Source of the DNA: Octopus sinensis
Taxonomy: Eukaryota
Assembly: GCF_006345805.1 (NCBI RefSeq)
Contig: NC_043001.1
Location: forward strand, 124,744,001 to 124,808,000
DNA: 64,000 bases
Direction: 5' to 3'
The position numbers and the translations under genes were made by a program. Of this stretch, positions 36,095 through 48,354 are shown piece by piece. The first letter of the stretch is position 1; each line of letters opens with the position of its first letter. Below the pieces are notes generated by a model. The model saw nothing but the letters and a program-made list of their open reading frames with translations. It had not been told where the DNA came from and ran no database searches.

Positions 36095-38566
36095 TCATAC
36101 GAGTGTTTCGATATGGGTGTTTGAAAAGTCGTCACTGTTTAGCGAACCTAGACCTGTATCGGATGTAGAATCAGTGTCGTCTGATTTATCCAATTTCAGT
36201 ATTGGACTGTTTGCAGCAGCCATGATACTGCTGTTTTTAATGGCTCCCTTCAGACCGTTTGTTGTCATCTGCAACTTGTTTTTCTCCTTCGATTGCTCTA
36301 AAGTGACCAATTGCTGTTGTAGGTGGTGTTGTGGTGATAGGTTTGGTCGTGGTGATAGTTTTGGTCGTGGCAACGGTGGTTTTTCTTGCAGTTTTTGTGG
36401 TTGTAGTTGTAGTTGAGATGGTTGTGGTCGCGGTGATGGTGGTTTTTGTTGTAATTGTTGTTGTTGTTGTGACGTTTGTCGTGTTGGTAGTGGAGACGGT
36501 GGTTTTTGTTGCAGTTGTTGTTGTTGTTGTTGCTGTTGTTGTCGATGTTGTTGTTGTTGCTGCCGCTGTTGCGGATGAGGATGTTGCTTTTGTTGATGGT
36601 GTTGATGCTGTTTCAGTAAGGGAGATGGTGGCGTAGATGTTAATGATGGAGGTGACGGTGATGGCAGTGGTGACTGCCTTTGTGGATATGAAATGTGTGT
36701 ATTTTCTTGCTGCTTTTGCTGTTGTTGCTGTTCTTGTGGTTGTTGCTGCAGCTGCTGCTGCTGCTGTTGCTGTTGTTGTTGCTGTTGTTGTGTGAAAAGT
36801 TTATTTTTATCCGTTTCTTCATCACTAAACTTCTTGCTACAAACATTCTTTATTTGTTGATAAACATTCTCTTTCGGTAACCTTGTCCAATCACGCATAC
36901 TTTTTGTTCGTACAAATTGGGATTTCGGAGCTCCTCCAGCAATACCGACCTTGGGATTATTTAAGTTCTTTATATTTGAGTCTTTTAACACAGAATCAGA
37001 ACTTGAATCATGGGTACTGGAACTTTCAATATTAACACCACATTCCCGATTATTAGCAATATTTTTAAAATCTATTTTATTAACGTCCTTTAAATTGTTA
37101 TTAGTAGTCGGTATCAATTTTCTATTAGATGTTGGTATAATTTTTGAAATTTTAGGTAATTCGGATGTGTTTTGTGTATTAACACCAGAAATTATAAAAC
37201 CGTCATCATCTATTTGTTGAGAAAAATTGTTTTCGTTAGAATAGATACTATCAATCCGATGTTTTAGCTCCTCATTCGTAATACATTTGGACATTTCACA
37301 GTTTTGGTTATTAACTGAACCCAATTCAGTTGCTAACGCTTCTTTTTCAAGACTATGAATCAAATCTGATTTCTCATTTTGTAATTTATTATACCTTTGT
37401 AATTCCTGGTTCAGTTGATCCATAGTTATATTCTGGATTACGCTTACAGTCATTACTCGGTTAAACTGAATCCTAAGAGCCTCTAATTCCGATTTTTCAC
37501 CTTCATCAAGTCCCTCTATAGAAGACAAACTGTCAGGAATTACCCCAACATTTTCACCATCGTGTGATAATAAATGACATTCGCTTCCATTCGGAGAAGT
37601 TTCAAAAATATTATTAAAAGATATTTTATCTTGTTTCGCTTTTTCTGTAATCCCCGTTTCTGAAGATGACGAATCAAATTCTTTTCTGTTTAAATCTGAG
37701 AGAACCACGTTCACATGGCCACTGTGCTTTTTTATGAGTGATGATAGTTGGTCTTTCGTGTCTTCTTCTGCTGCTAGTAATTCACAAACTGCAATCAATC
37801 TGTCACGCAACTCAACGTAATCTTCTAGCAAGTGTAAATTAGCTTTAGACACAAAATCGTCCAAAGAATCCTCACTGGTACTGGTACTGTCTAGAAGCAA
37901 AGATCTTTGAACATAGTTGACGCCTTTCTTTTGCATGCGTTGGAAATGGATTTTATCTTCGTATTTTTCTATTAACAATTCCGTTTCTTCGATACGATTA
38001 GCTAATGATTTGATTTTCTTCTCCTGATTCATGACAAGTTTAATGATTTTATGCAGGCGTCGCAGTTTATTGTGGTCCAGCGTGTTACTGCTCATAAAAT
38101 CACACCGAAGCTCGTCGTTAAAATAACTATTATGGCTGTCGTGACTGTCAAACCTTTGTTTGTAAGAGCAACAGCTTCCATGTGTTTCTCCATTGCACAG
38201 ACTTCTATCGAAATTATGTTCGTAGCGCCTTTGATGGCGCCATCTACGATACCGACGCTTCGTTGCTGAATATTCACTTGATTGAGCAATGTCGTCCAGT
38301 TCACGCATTATAAACTTTACGTTGCTTCGATCAGCGGCCCTGTTCTTCCAAACACGGAGAATTTTTGTACGGCCTTGCAAGTATTTCTCCGTGCCTTTCC
38401 AGCATTCGTAAATAGCGAATGAATCAGTGTTTTCTGTTTCGTGAAGATTTTCATGGAGTAGCAAAGCGTAAATAATGTCATCACAAGTAGTTCTTTTAGA
38501 AATCCCTGACAACCATTTTTCGGTTCCATTCACCCATACAGGAATCTCGAATTTCTTGTCACACAT
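36095..38566 (-). CDS. RASSF9/10: N-terminal Ras-association domain protein, RASSF9/RASSF10-like (823 aa, single coding exon)
   Basis: RA domain EIPVWVNGTEKWLSGISKRTTCDDIIYALL...IYECWKGTEKYL...KILRVWK. Coiled coil ending KIHFQRMQKKGVNYVQ (RASSF9/10-type H..R....G.NYVQ). C-terminal SDTGLGSLNS..ETLV* (class I PDZ-binding motif). ATG at 38566 follows a splice acceptor. Confidence 0.9.
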   Translation of the reverse strand: MCDKKFEIPVWVNGTEKWLSGISKRTTCDDIIYALLLHENLHETENTDSFAIYECWKGTEKYLQGRTKILRVWKNRAADRSNVKFIMRELDDIAQSSEYSATKRRYRRWRHQRRYEHNFDRSLCNGETHGSCCSYKQRFDSHDSHNSYFNDELRCDFMSSNTLDHNKLRRLHKIIKLVMNQEKKIKSLANRIEETELLIEKYEDKIHFQRMQKKGVNYVQRSLLLDSTSTSEDSLDDFVSKANLHLLEDYVELRDRLIAVCELLAAEEDTKDQLSSLIKKHSGHVNVVLSDLNRKEFDSSSSETGITEKAKQDKISFNNIFETSPNGSECHLLSHDGENVGVIPDSLSSIEGLDEGEKSELEALRIQFNRVMTVSVIQNITMDQLNQELQRYNKLQNEKSDLIHSLEKEALATELGSVNNQNCEMSKCITNEELKHRIDSIYSNENNFSQQIDDDGFIISGVNTQNTSELPKISKIIPTSNRKLIPTTNNNLKDVNKIDFKNIANNRECGVNIESSSTHDSSSDSVLKDSNIKNLNNPKVGIAGGAPKSQFVRTKSMRDWTRLPKENVYQQIKNVCSKKFSDEETDKNKLFTQQQQQQQQQQQQQLQQQPQEQQQQQKQQENTHISYPQRQSPLPSPSPPSLTSTPPSPLLKQHQHHQQKQHPHPQQRQQQQQHRQQQQQQQQQLQQKPPSPLPTRQTSQQQQQLQQKPPSPRPQPSQLQLQPQKLQEKPPLPRPKLSPRPNLSPQHHLQQQLVTLEQSKEKNKLQMTTNGLKGAIKNSSIMAAANSPILKLDKSDDTDSTSDTGLGSLNSDDFSNTHIETLV

Positions 38567-38574
38567 TTTTTTTC

Positions 38575-38600
38575 CTGAAATATACAACAAAACAGAACTA
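38575..38600 (-). promoter_or_regulatory. 3' splice acceptor of the RASSF coding exon
   Basis: Minus strand reads ...TTCTGTTTTGTTGTATATTTCAG|GAAAAAAAATG. The exon starts at 38574, 8 nt before the ATG. Confidence 0.75.
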
Positions 38601-39039
38601 AATTAAATACAATTGTTGAGAAAACATGAAAATATAGTCTGAATAAGGAAATAATAACCAAGTTTGTGTTAGCATATTTCATTCTAGGAGAATGCAAAAA
38701 CGGCGAAGAAAGATAATATCAGTCAATGACTAACGTTTATTTTATGTTTTTACAAATATGGGAGACAATTTTCGAAATTTTGTGGTTTATTTTTATGTCA
38801 TCAGCAAAGCCAAGATTTCACCATTCTTGCTGAAATTTGCTATAAGTATATCATTAAATGTACAATACTGTACACAAATTTGGGTAGAAAACAGAATTTT
38901 TTACAAAATCAATTACTACGAGGCACTATCGGCATGAAAAAGAATAGTTAACACTTAGTTATCATTTTAATGTTCACTTAAGTATATCAAACAGCTGGTC
39001 GGCTTTGGCTGGTAGAACTGAAACTAACGCGACACTGTT

Positions 39040-40885
39040 GGGAGGCAGGTTTAGAGAGGGCGCGGGTTAAAACTATGCGCCCTTCCTCTCCATTGGTCTG
39101 TTGAAGCTTAGACAGTGTCATGTGACAGATAGCTGTTACTGGTTGCTGGAGCCTACCGGCGAGTATTTAAAGGGAAAATTGGCAGGATGGTCAGTAGCCC
39201 GCTGACATTCGTGGACGATGCATCGAAGAAACCAAAGAACAGAAGACAAAAAGGAGAAAGAAGAAATGCACTCCAAACCAGGGCTGAAGACACCTCCGAA
39301 GGGGGCCCCGCCACGTCGAAAACGGCAGAGGAGTAGGGACCGAAACCGGGCGTGGTTTCTCCTGAGGATGTCTTTAGCCACTGGGTCCTATAAAGGAACT
39401 GTTGAGGTAGCGAACCACGAAACGTGGTTGGAATTCCTCAGATACTGACTGCAGGGAACGACTTGCTGACAATCCAGAAAGCGGGATGACAAAGGGGAGA
39501 GACGCTTGACAGTACGACTGTGTAACGAAGGATCAAGTGGGCCTGCAGCCTGATCCAGGGTAAAGTTGCAACAAGTAAGCATTATGAACCATGCCCCCAT
39601 GGCCCCGGAGGACGTGGGGAGAATAAAGGATCAAACAGGAACAGAAAAAGGAATGGAACCCGACCGGAAATGGACAACAAGAAAGGAAGCAGTAAAGAAA
39701 AGGTAGATGAGGAATTCAGCTGCTGCGGAAAGGTGTTTTCTAGTTACATCGAGCTGACAATTCACCGAGGAAAGGTGTGTCAGAAGAAAGTGCTTCAACA
39801 GTGCGGGTTGAAAAGCCAAAAGACGTCTGGGCAGAATATTCTGGGAAGAAACCACAGTTGAATCGGAACAGCCAAGAAAAGAGATGGGCGTGAAGAAGCC
39901 AAAGATTAAGTGGGCGACGGCAAATGATGCAGCGAACTATAAAAAGTTCGACGACGAGGTAGCAAGAATGACCACCAAATTCAAAGGGGACGACGAACAA
40001 AAGCTCGAGAACTTGGCTAATATAATCTATCAGGAAGGAGAGAAGAGATTCGGACTTGAAATAACAGGGAACGGAGAATCATTGGCAAAGGGCGGACCAT
40101 CAAGGAGAGAAAGACGGATCGCAAAGATACGAGAAGAGAACAAAATACCCAGAACCAGGTGGAGGGATACAAAGGAGGAGGAAAGAGAAGAGTTAAAACA
40201 GCTATATGAAGAGATTAAAAAAAAGAGGCATCGAAAAAACTAAGAAAAGAAAGAAAGAACAGAAGAAAGGAGAGAGAAAAGAACTATTGTAGTTTTGTAA
40301 ACAACCCATACTAATATGCGAAAAATTTGTTTACTGAAAGTAAGAGCGGGAGATTGCATTGCGTTAAAGAGCTCGAACACCATCTTAAAGGGACGTACAG
40401 CGACGCTGATAGAAATAAAGTACTCCCAGAAATGCACGGGCTGCTGAAACCACCTGTACCAAGGGTACCACATTATTCGAGTGACATCAGACGCTAAGTA
40501 TTGCCCGAAATTGTGTTTACAACTGTTTGCACTAATAAGGGAAATATGGAAGAAGAAAGACGTAGCAAAGCGATGGTGTATAGCTGAAGAGAAGGACGCA
40601 AAAACACTGGGGCAATTCAGACACATTTCACTATTAAATACCGATGGGAAAACCATGTTTGGAATTGGAATTATTGCCAGACGAATCATAAGATTCGTAC
40701 ATGATTCGTACAGTTAATGAAGCAATCCAAAAGGCAGAGATCCCTGGAATCCCTGGGTGCAGAGAACATGCATTTGCGATCTGGGTAGCTATCAACTGTG
40801 CAAAACAACTGAAGAAAAACATGTACATTGTATGGCTAGATCTTGCCAATGCATATGGATGTGTTCTACACGGACTAATCGATAA
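39040..40885 (+). mobile_element. HERO-like (RLE, R2-group) non-LTR retrotransposon, 5' half, degenerate
   Basis: Zinc finger CCGKVFSSYIELTIHRGKVC, then KPKIKW...KFDDEV...LANIIYQEGEKRFG, FRHISLLNTDGK and GIPGCREH...WLDLANAYG (RT motifs). Matches the HERO domain order as I recall it. The 5' boundary is approximate. Confidence 0.78.
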
Positions 40886-41409
40886 AATATGGACCAGCTG
40901 GATAGTGGGTTCGATGTGATCGACTTAACCCCTCTCCGGAAATTGCTTGCCTTGTGCAAAAATTTGAGAAGAGTATAATTGACTATGACTCACTCTAAAA
41001 ACATACTTTGTGCTCGTCTTGGATATTTAATCATTACAAAAATTGTGCTGATTTATTATAGACACCCAGTTTTATTACACTTCATTCGTTCAATGACAAC
41101 ACAAAGGAAGTTATTTCACACGGTGAGGTGTAGACACGAAAGATATTTTATTTCATAGACGAGTATTAACGTTACAAATAGAATGAAACAAGGCTAGTTA
41201 GACAGATATAAGGTTAAAGGTGTATTGGATGACCGGATGACAAGCTAATATTTCAACTTCCGGTTTCTCTTTACGGTATTTAGAAAGATGAATGTAAATG
41301 TACTCCACTAACATGTCTAATTAAATGCAAATGATGTAATGATTCAAGATTTGCTTGTAACGCCGACCGACCATAAAAATCAGTAATATTTTATTTCATG
41401 TAAAGCGTC

Positions 41410-41995
41410 GAGCCTTTCATCCTTTCGAGGTCGATAAATTAAGTACCTGTTGTGTACTGAGGTCGATCTAATCGACTGGCCCCCCTCCCCAAAAATTCCG
41501 GGCCTTGTGCCTAGAGTAGAAAAGAATATTTTATTTCAAGAAGGCGGCGATCTGCCTAGAGTAGAAAAGAATATTTTATTTCAAGAAGGCGGCGATCTGG
41601 CAGAATCGTTAGCGCGCTGGGCGAAATGCTTGGCGGCAGTTCGTCTGCCGTTACGTTGTGAGTTCAAATTCCGCCGAGGTCGACTTTGCCTTTCATCCTT
41701 TCGGGGTCGATTAAATAAGTACCAGCTACGCACTGGAGTCAATATAATCGACTTAATCTGTTTGTCCTTGTTTGTCCCCTCTGTGTTTAGCCCCTTGTGG
41801 GTAGTAAAGAAATAGATATTTCCTCTGTTGTTACGTTCTGATTTCAAATTCCGCCGAGGTCGACTTTGCCTTTCATCCTTTCAGGATCGATATATTAAGT
41901 ACCAGTTGCGTACTGGAGTCGATCCAATCGACTGGCCCCCTCCCCAAAAATTACGGACCTTCTGCCTAGAGTAGAAAAGAATAGTTTATTTCAAG
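41410..41995 (+). mobile_element. SINE family B cluster: old partial copy plus a young dimer (41586-41984) with 11-bp TSD
   Basis: TTTATTTCAAG at 41575-41585 and 41985-41995. The unit junction AAATAG|ATATTTC is at 41815. Confidence 0.85.
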
Positions 41996-42808
41996 CCAGA
42001 AAGGAAAGCTTCTATGTATGTGATAACTCCAACTAGAAAAAGCAACAAAACCTCATTCAAATCACACGTTGCTATCTTATATTGCTTTTTTTTTTCTTTT
42101 TTCTTTTTTTTTTTTTTTTTGCTAATATGACAGATTAGATAATATTGCCTTATAAACCCCCTCAAAATGAGGAGATGATCATGGCTATAACGCCTTTGAT
42201 AATATATCTACTCGATATTAAAATTCAGCTGAAATTTAACAGTAGCGAAATGACAATAGTTATTTCGAACTAACGAAGGGGATTCTACGTGGTCGCTCGA
42301 CCGAATTGCAATAGCAGTCAAATCTTCGACCTCACCGTACTCTAGGCACTTAAGTCAATCTTGTAAAGCAATATTGGTTAATAAAGATTATATGAACTCT
42401 TCTTTAAGTATTTGGAGTTGTCTTCTTGTTTGCAGAATCAAGCATTGATGCATGTGTACTTGTGCGCATGTGTGTTTATGCGAGTGTGTGTAGATTTGTA
42501 TGTGTATGACAGTATGCGTATTATGTGTACCTGTGTGTATATGTCATTAGAGAATGTGTTTATGCATGTGTTTGTGTGTGTATATATATGTGTGTGTGTG
42601 TAAACAAAGCGTGTTCGTGCGTACATGAGTGTGTGTGCGTGTGTATGTGTCAATCTAAACGGAGAGTGTGTTCGTGCGCGTGTGTGTGTGTACATGAGTG
42701 TGTGTGCGTGTGTGTATGTGTCTGATTAAATAGAGTGTGTGTGTGTTTTAGTGTGTATGTGTGTGTGCGTGTGTATGTGTGTGTGTGTTCGTGTATTTTT
42801 GCGTAATA

Positions 42809-43213
42809 GACGGACGTGGCTGTGTGGTAAGTAGCTTGTTTACCAACCACATGGTTCCGGGTTCAGTCCCACTGCGTGGCACCTTGGGCAAGTGTCTTCT
42901 ACTATAGCCTCGGGCCGACCAAAGCCCTGTGAGTGGATTTGGTAGACGGAAACTAAAAGAAGCCCGTCGTATATATGTATATATATATATATATATGAGC
43001 GTGTGTGTGTCTGTGTTTGTTCCTCTAGCATTGCTTGACAACCGATGCTGGTGTGTTTATGTCCCCGTAACTTAGCGGTTTGGCAAAAGAGACCGATAGA
43101 ATAGGTACTGGGCTTAGAAAAGAATAAGTCCCGGGATCGAGTTGCTCGATTAAAGGCGGTGCTCCAGCATGGCCGCAGTCAAATGACTGAAACAAGTAAA
43201 AGAGTAAAAGAGT
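42809..43213 (+). mobile_element. SINE family A, young copy
   Basis: Complete head, core, (TA)n(TG)n and TAAAAGAG tail. Confidence 0.9.
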
Positions 43214-43711
43214 ATATCGAAACACTGATCTCTAACCCACACTATCTTCTTACTCTAGCATTTCTCTCCCTATTACAGCATCCCCTGCTCTTCAGGGCCA
43301 CTTATTTCATACTACCTCCACTCCACCACGCACATCCATCACATCTGTCTCTCCACCACCACCACCTCCTTCTCTCTGACACTTACTGTGCAATCCCACC
43401 CCTACAACATATGCATTAACCATTCATCCAATCGTTCCACCCGAGTATTCTTTTATTCTTTTACTTACTTCAGTCCATTAGACTGCGGTCATGCTGGGGC
43501 ACAACCTTGAAGAACCAGTACACAGGAGGGTTTTGTTTGTGTTTTACTTTTTTCGTAAATCGTGAGACTTATTCTATCGGTGTCTTTTGTCGAACACAGC
43601 CACACAGCTGCACCATTTGTCAATTGGTGGCTGGGGACAGATACATACAATACGCACAGGCATACACACACTCGCGCGCACACGCACATGTATATATACA
43701 TATACATATAC

Positions 43712-44126
43712 AGGCGCAGGAGTAGCTGTGTAGTAAGTAACTTGCTTACCAACCACATGGTTCCGGGTTCAGTCCCACTGCGTGGCACCTTGGGCAAGTG
43801 TCCTCTACTATAGCCTCGGGCCGACCAAAGCCTTATGAGTGGATTTGGTAGACGGAAACTGAAAGAAGCCTGTCGTATATATGTATATATATGTGGGTGT
43901 GTGTGTGTGTGTGTGTGTGTGTGTTGTGTGTCTGTATTTGTCCCCCTAGCATTGCTTGACAACCGATGCTGGTGTGTTTACGTCACTTAGCGGTTCGGCA
44001 AAAGAGACCGATAGAATAAGTACTAGGCTTACAAAGAATAAGTCCCGGGGTCGATTTGCTCGACTAAAGGTGGTGCTCCAGCATGGCCGCAGTCAAATGA
44101 CTGGAACAAGTAAAAGAGTAAAAGAG
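43712..44126 (+). mobile_element. SINE family A, young copy
   Basis: Starts AGGCGCAGGAGTAGCTGTG and ends AAGAGTAAAAGAG. Confidence 0.9.
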
Positions 44127-44161
44127 TGTGTGTATATATATATGTGTGTGTGTGTGTGTGT

Positions 44162-44198
<37 letters not shown>

Positions 44199-44569
44199 GT
44201 GTGTGTGTGTGTGTACCGACGGTCTTCTTTCAATTTCCGTCTTCCAAATCCACGCAGGCCCGAGGCTATAGAAGAAAGCACTTGTCTGAACCTGGAACCA
44301 TGTTGTTGGGAAACAAACTTCTTACCACACAGCCACGCCTGCACCTATGTCAAGTCTATAAAATTTACCCACCCCATCCCAGATGTTAACTTCGCAGATG
44401 AACATAAATAAAACCAATGTTACCAGTCACCGATGGACTAACATTGCATTTTGTTTGTATCATATTTACAAACAAAATGGAGAGAATATGATTGCTGAAA
44501 AACAGTAAATAAATCCATTTTTTTCTATACTTTTATATTTACTCGTAATGCTTGAAATTGGTATGTTTG

Positions 44570-45827
44570 ATCACGTGCTCCTTCGTCTTTGCTCCAGATG
44601 TCACTTCAAAATCTTTGACTTCATTGTTATCTGATATCAACTTATCATCTGTACACTCTCCATTTATTTCTTTATAGAATCTCTCCTGATCTACTCTCAG
44701 TAACCTATTCTGCTGGTAACCCTTCATTCTATGATTGTATCTTACCATCTTTGCTTTCTTTACAACGAGACGCTCTTTCAGTTCCTCCATTACCACTTTC
44801 AGGCCCTTTCTTTCAATATTATACTTCCTTTTCTGTGCCCTGTATTTTTGTTCGCTTTTAATCGCCCCATTTCTTTTTTCGCTCTGACACAGAAGCGTCT
44901 TTCGAGGGCATGTCAAGCCCTGCCTGTATTCTTCTTTTCCACCATGGATCTTTTCTTTTGTCTCTTCAATTATATTTCTTTCTCTTGACACCAACACCCA
45001 CGTTTTCTGCTACAGCAATACATGCTGCTTTAATCAAATTATTTGTTTCTGTGATGTTCTTTGTTTTAATATATCTCAGAATATCATTGACATTTTCCGT
45101 TTCTTGGTTCAGTTACCACCGATCAACCCTTTTAAGGTCGCTATCGTTCTCCTGTAGTCTTGCCTTTATTCTGTCGTAGATTGCCTTTTGTTCATCTGTC
45201 ATGTCGCCATTTGTTTTATTGTTTTCTTTCATGTCATCTATATGTCTCTCATCAAGTAAGCTGCCACTGCTCCTTTCCCGTGCTAAGAGATTACTTTTAT
45301 TAGTAAGAACTGTATTTTCAACGCTATCTCAGCTGCTATTTTTCAATACCCGTCTTTTGATAGCTTCGACCTCTACTTCTGTAAACCAACGATTTTTTCT
45401 TATTGCTCTAGCTTGATCACATAATCTCTGTTCTGTGAGTTGAAATAATCCCTTTTCTCTCCAATGATCATACATACGTTGTCAGTAACTCGTAACTTGA
45501 GCACCATTTTCATCTACCGGGTTGCTCAGGTAGTAACACTCCATGACCACAGCATTAATTTGCTTGCTCCATCTACACAGTGTGTGGTGGTTCCTTTCTG
45601 GATATCGACAGGCTGGAGCCGGACCAGAATCTCTGAGCCTGCCGGGTGCAACACTGTCACCATCAATGGCTTCAGTTTCATTACCACCGTTATTCACAAT
45701 ACTTTGTTTTTTCATTGTCACTCATATGAGGTGATGATTATCAGGTTGCGCAAATTATCAGTGTTTTTATTGTGACACAATCTCTAGATGTATCATTAAT
45801 CAGGACATTCCACCTGCTTCCTCTCAA

Positions 45828-45828
<1 letters not shown>
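44570..45828 (-). mobile_element. R4/Dong-type LINE, 5' portion (apparent 5' end retained, 3' deleted)
   Basis: RWSKQINAVVMECYYLSNP, ...[17 protein letters not shown] and ...KYNIERKGLKVVMEELKERL...YQQNRLLRVDQERFYKE are typical R4/Dong N-terminal blocks. Begins right after (AAT)n. Confidence 0.8.
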
Positions 45829-45885
<57 letters not shown>

Positions 45886-46066
45886 CAATGCTCTTATTTT
45901 GTCAGCTCATTTCAGCTTTCTTCTTCTTCTTCATCATCATCATCATCATCATCATCATCTTATTATTATCATCATCATTATCATCATCATCATCATCATC
46001 ATCATTCATCATCATCATCATCATCATCATCATTATTATTATTATTATTATTACTATTATTATTAT
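45829..46066. repeat. Compound (ATT)n/(ATC)n microsatellite between two RLE LINEs
   Basis: Directly visible. Confidence 0.9.
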
Positions 46067-46951
46067 ATGTTTGACTTTTGCTTTTGTATTTGTACAAGTT
46101 GGCTCCAAGTCTCACCCAGAGACCTCAAGAGACAACAAGTTAGAAGTTCATATTGGTATTATGCCTAATGCGTCATTTATTTGGTTTTGTACATAGTATT
46201 GTTCTAGAGAATGTTTAAGAAAACATAAGAAAATTATGAGTTTGTTTTAAAATTTGAGATTACATAGACAGTATTTTACGTAGGATGTGGGCAGTTCTCA
46301 TTAGCACTCTCTTTTGAACTTCCGCCATTTTGGGGTTTCCTGGTATCTGAGCTAGGTAGGAATCAGTTCCTTTTGCTATCATTCCTAGGGCAACCTATGA
46401 CAACAGGTATTGCTTTAGTCTTCAGGTTCCACATTTTGCCAGTTTCTATTTCAAGCTCTTTATGCTTGCTCAGTTTTTGGTAGGTCTTCACAGATACATT
46501 CATGTCGATTAGGATATTCATATCTATGAGGAGGCATGATTTTTGTCTGAAGTCTTTCAATATAATACTTCGCCTATTCGCAACTATTTTTCTGTCAGTT
46601 TGAACTGTGAAGTTCCAAAGGAGTGAGATGTGATCATTTTCAAACACTGGAGGTGGTTTGTGTTCCCACCATTTTTTATCATGGGGTAAGGTCCAGGTTT
46701 TTGCATATTACCTAGTGAATATATTGTGCTGCTCTATCATGCATGTAGGCGCAGGAAAACTGCACATGGAGACAACTTGATCAATGGTTTCGTTTTTTGT
46801 TGAGATACACGACATGTTGGGCTACTGCCGTTCTTTAAGATATTGACCTAGTAGTTTCTTGTAGGTAGGCATTGATCTTGGCCTGCTATGGTAAACCCTT
46901 CTGTCACTGATTTGAAGCCAGAAGACACTAACCATTGATGGGGATAAGGCC
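46067..46951 (-). mobile_element. R4/Dong-type LINE 3' portion, same family as 3087-3738
   Basis: QWLVSSG..TEGF..QDQCLPTRNY, degenerate CCHC knuckle, HD.AAQYIH and the RLE domain. The 3' UTR aligns with 3087-3200. Confidence 0.85.
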
Positions 46952-47267
46952 TGAAGTTTTGTGGAATAGTGAGGATGGTTATCGATTACATCGACCTCAG
47001 TACTTAACTGGTACTTGATAGGATGAAAGGCGAAGTCGACCTCGAGAGAATTTGAACTAAAAACTCAAGGACAGGGGAAATGCCACTAAGCTTTTTGACT
47101 GCCATGGTAATGATTTTGCCAGCACGCTAACTGTGACAGTAATAATGGTTTCTAATTCTGGCACAAGGATTACAATATGGAAAAGAATTGGTCGATTAAA
47201 CCACACAACAACAACAACAACAACGACGACGACGACGACGATGATGATAATGATGATAATAATAATG

Positions 47268-47316
<49 letters not shown>

Positions 47317-47688
47317 TAAAAATAATAATAATAATAATAATAACGACACCAGCAGCAGCAACAATAATAATAAGTTGAAGTATGGAGCGAAGAAAAAACA
47401 TGGCGATATTTTAACGCTATGAAGGCGGGAAGATGCAACGTTGAGTTGTGTATTGCATTAATCGTTAGCATAAAATAGGCGTGTAAAGGAGTCAAGTGTC
47501 TGATCGTGCCTTTAGCAAAATTTTGCTGAAAATAAACCACTTTTCATGAAAGGATATATGTGTTATCTGATAATATTCATTTTATTTTTTTTTTATGAAA
47601 ATGGATCTGTATAGACGGTATTTCAATGTAACTGAACACATTTGTAAACCAAGATAGAAGTGCTTATTGAATTAACCTCCTGTACAAA

Positions 47689-47719
<31 letters not shown>

Positions 47720-48315
47720 GTGACATAGAAAATAACAGACGCGGATGGGGTGTGTAGGCGAGGTATGATTTACAGTGATAAAATGTACCTAGCAACCAAG
47801 GTATTTGAATGGTGTCAATTGGTGGTTTGAAGTAACGAAAGAATAAAGGCGGACACGTATATGCACATATTTTGCACACGCATTCCAGTTCAAGCACGTA
47901 CGTACACACGTATATGTACGCACTGTTTTACATAAATACGCCCGCACATATATATATTTATGTGTGCGTGTGTGTGTGTACAAAAGATTGAAGTGTGTCC
48001 ATGCGTATTCAAATGCAAGTGCACAGGAATGTATGAATATAAATTTATAAGCGATTAGAAAAAAAGCACTGAGAATAGAAATAGATACGTGTGTTTGGAT
48101 ATAAAGGGGAATATATTTTGAGTGCGTGGATGCATTCACATCAATGGAATTAAAATGTCAGTATATACATTTATGTATTTTGATTTGTATGTGTGTCTGT
48201 GTGTGTGTGTGTGTGTGTGTGTATTTGAATTAATACATTATGAATGAATGAGCCAGTCACCGAATGACAAAAAAGAAGAGATACCAATGAATGAATGACT
48301 GAATGAACGAACAAA

Positions 48316-48354
<39 letters not shown>

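Noticed and set aside
36117-38529. Plus-strand and alternate-frame ORFs overlapping the RASSF CDS
   Set aside because: Shadow ORFs of the polyQ and coding strand with no domain features.
38567-38590. TTG-initiated N-terminal extension MLYISGKK of the 831-aa ORF
   Set aside because: It overlaps a polypyrimidine tract and AG acceptor. The ATG at 38566 is the plausible start unless an upstream coding exon exists.
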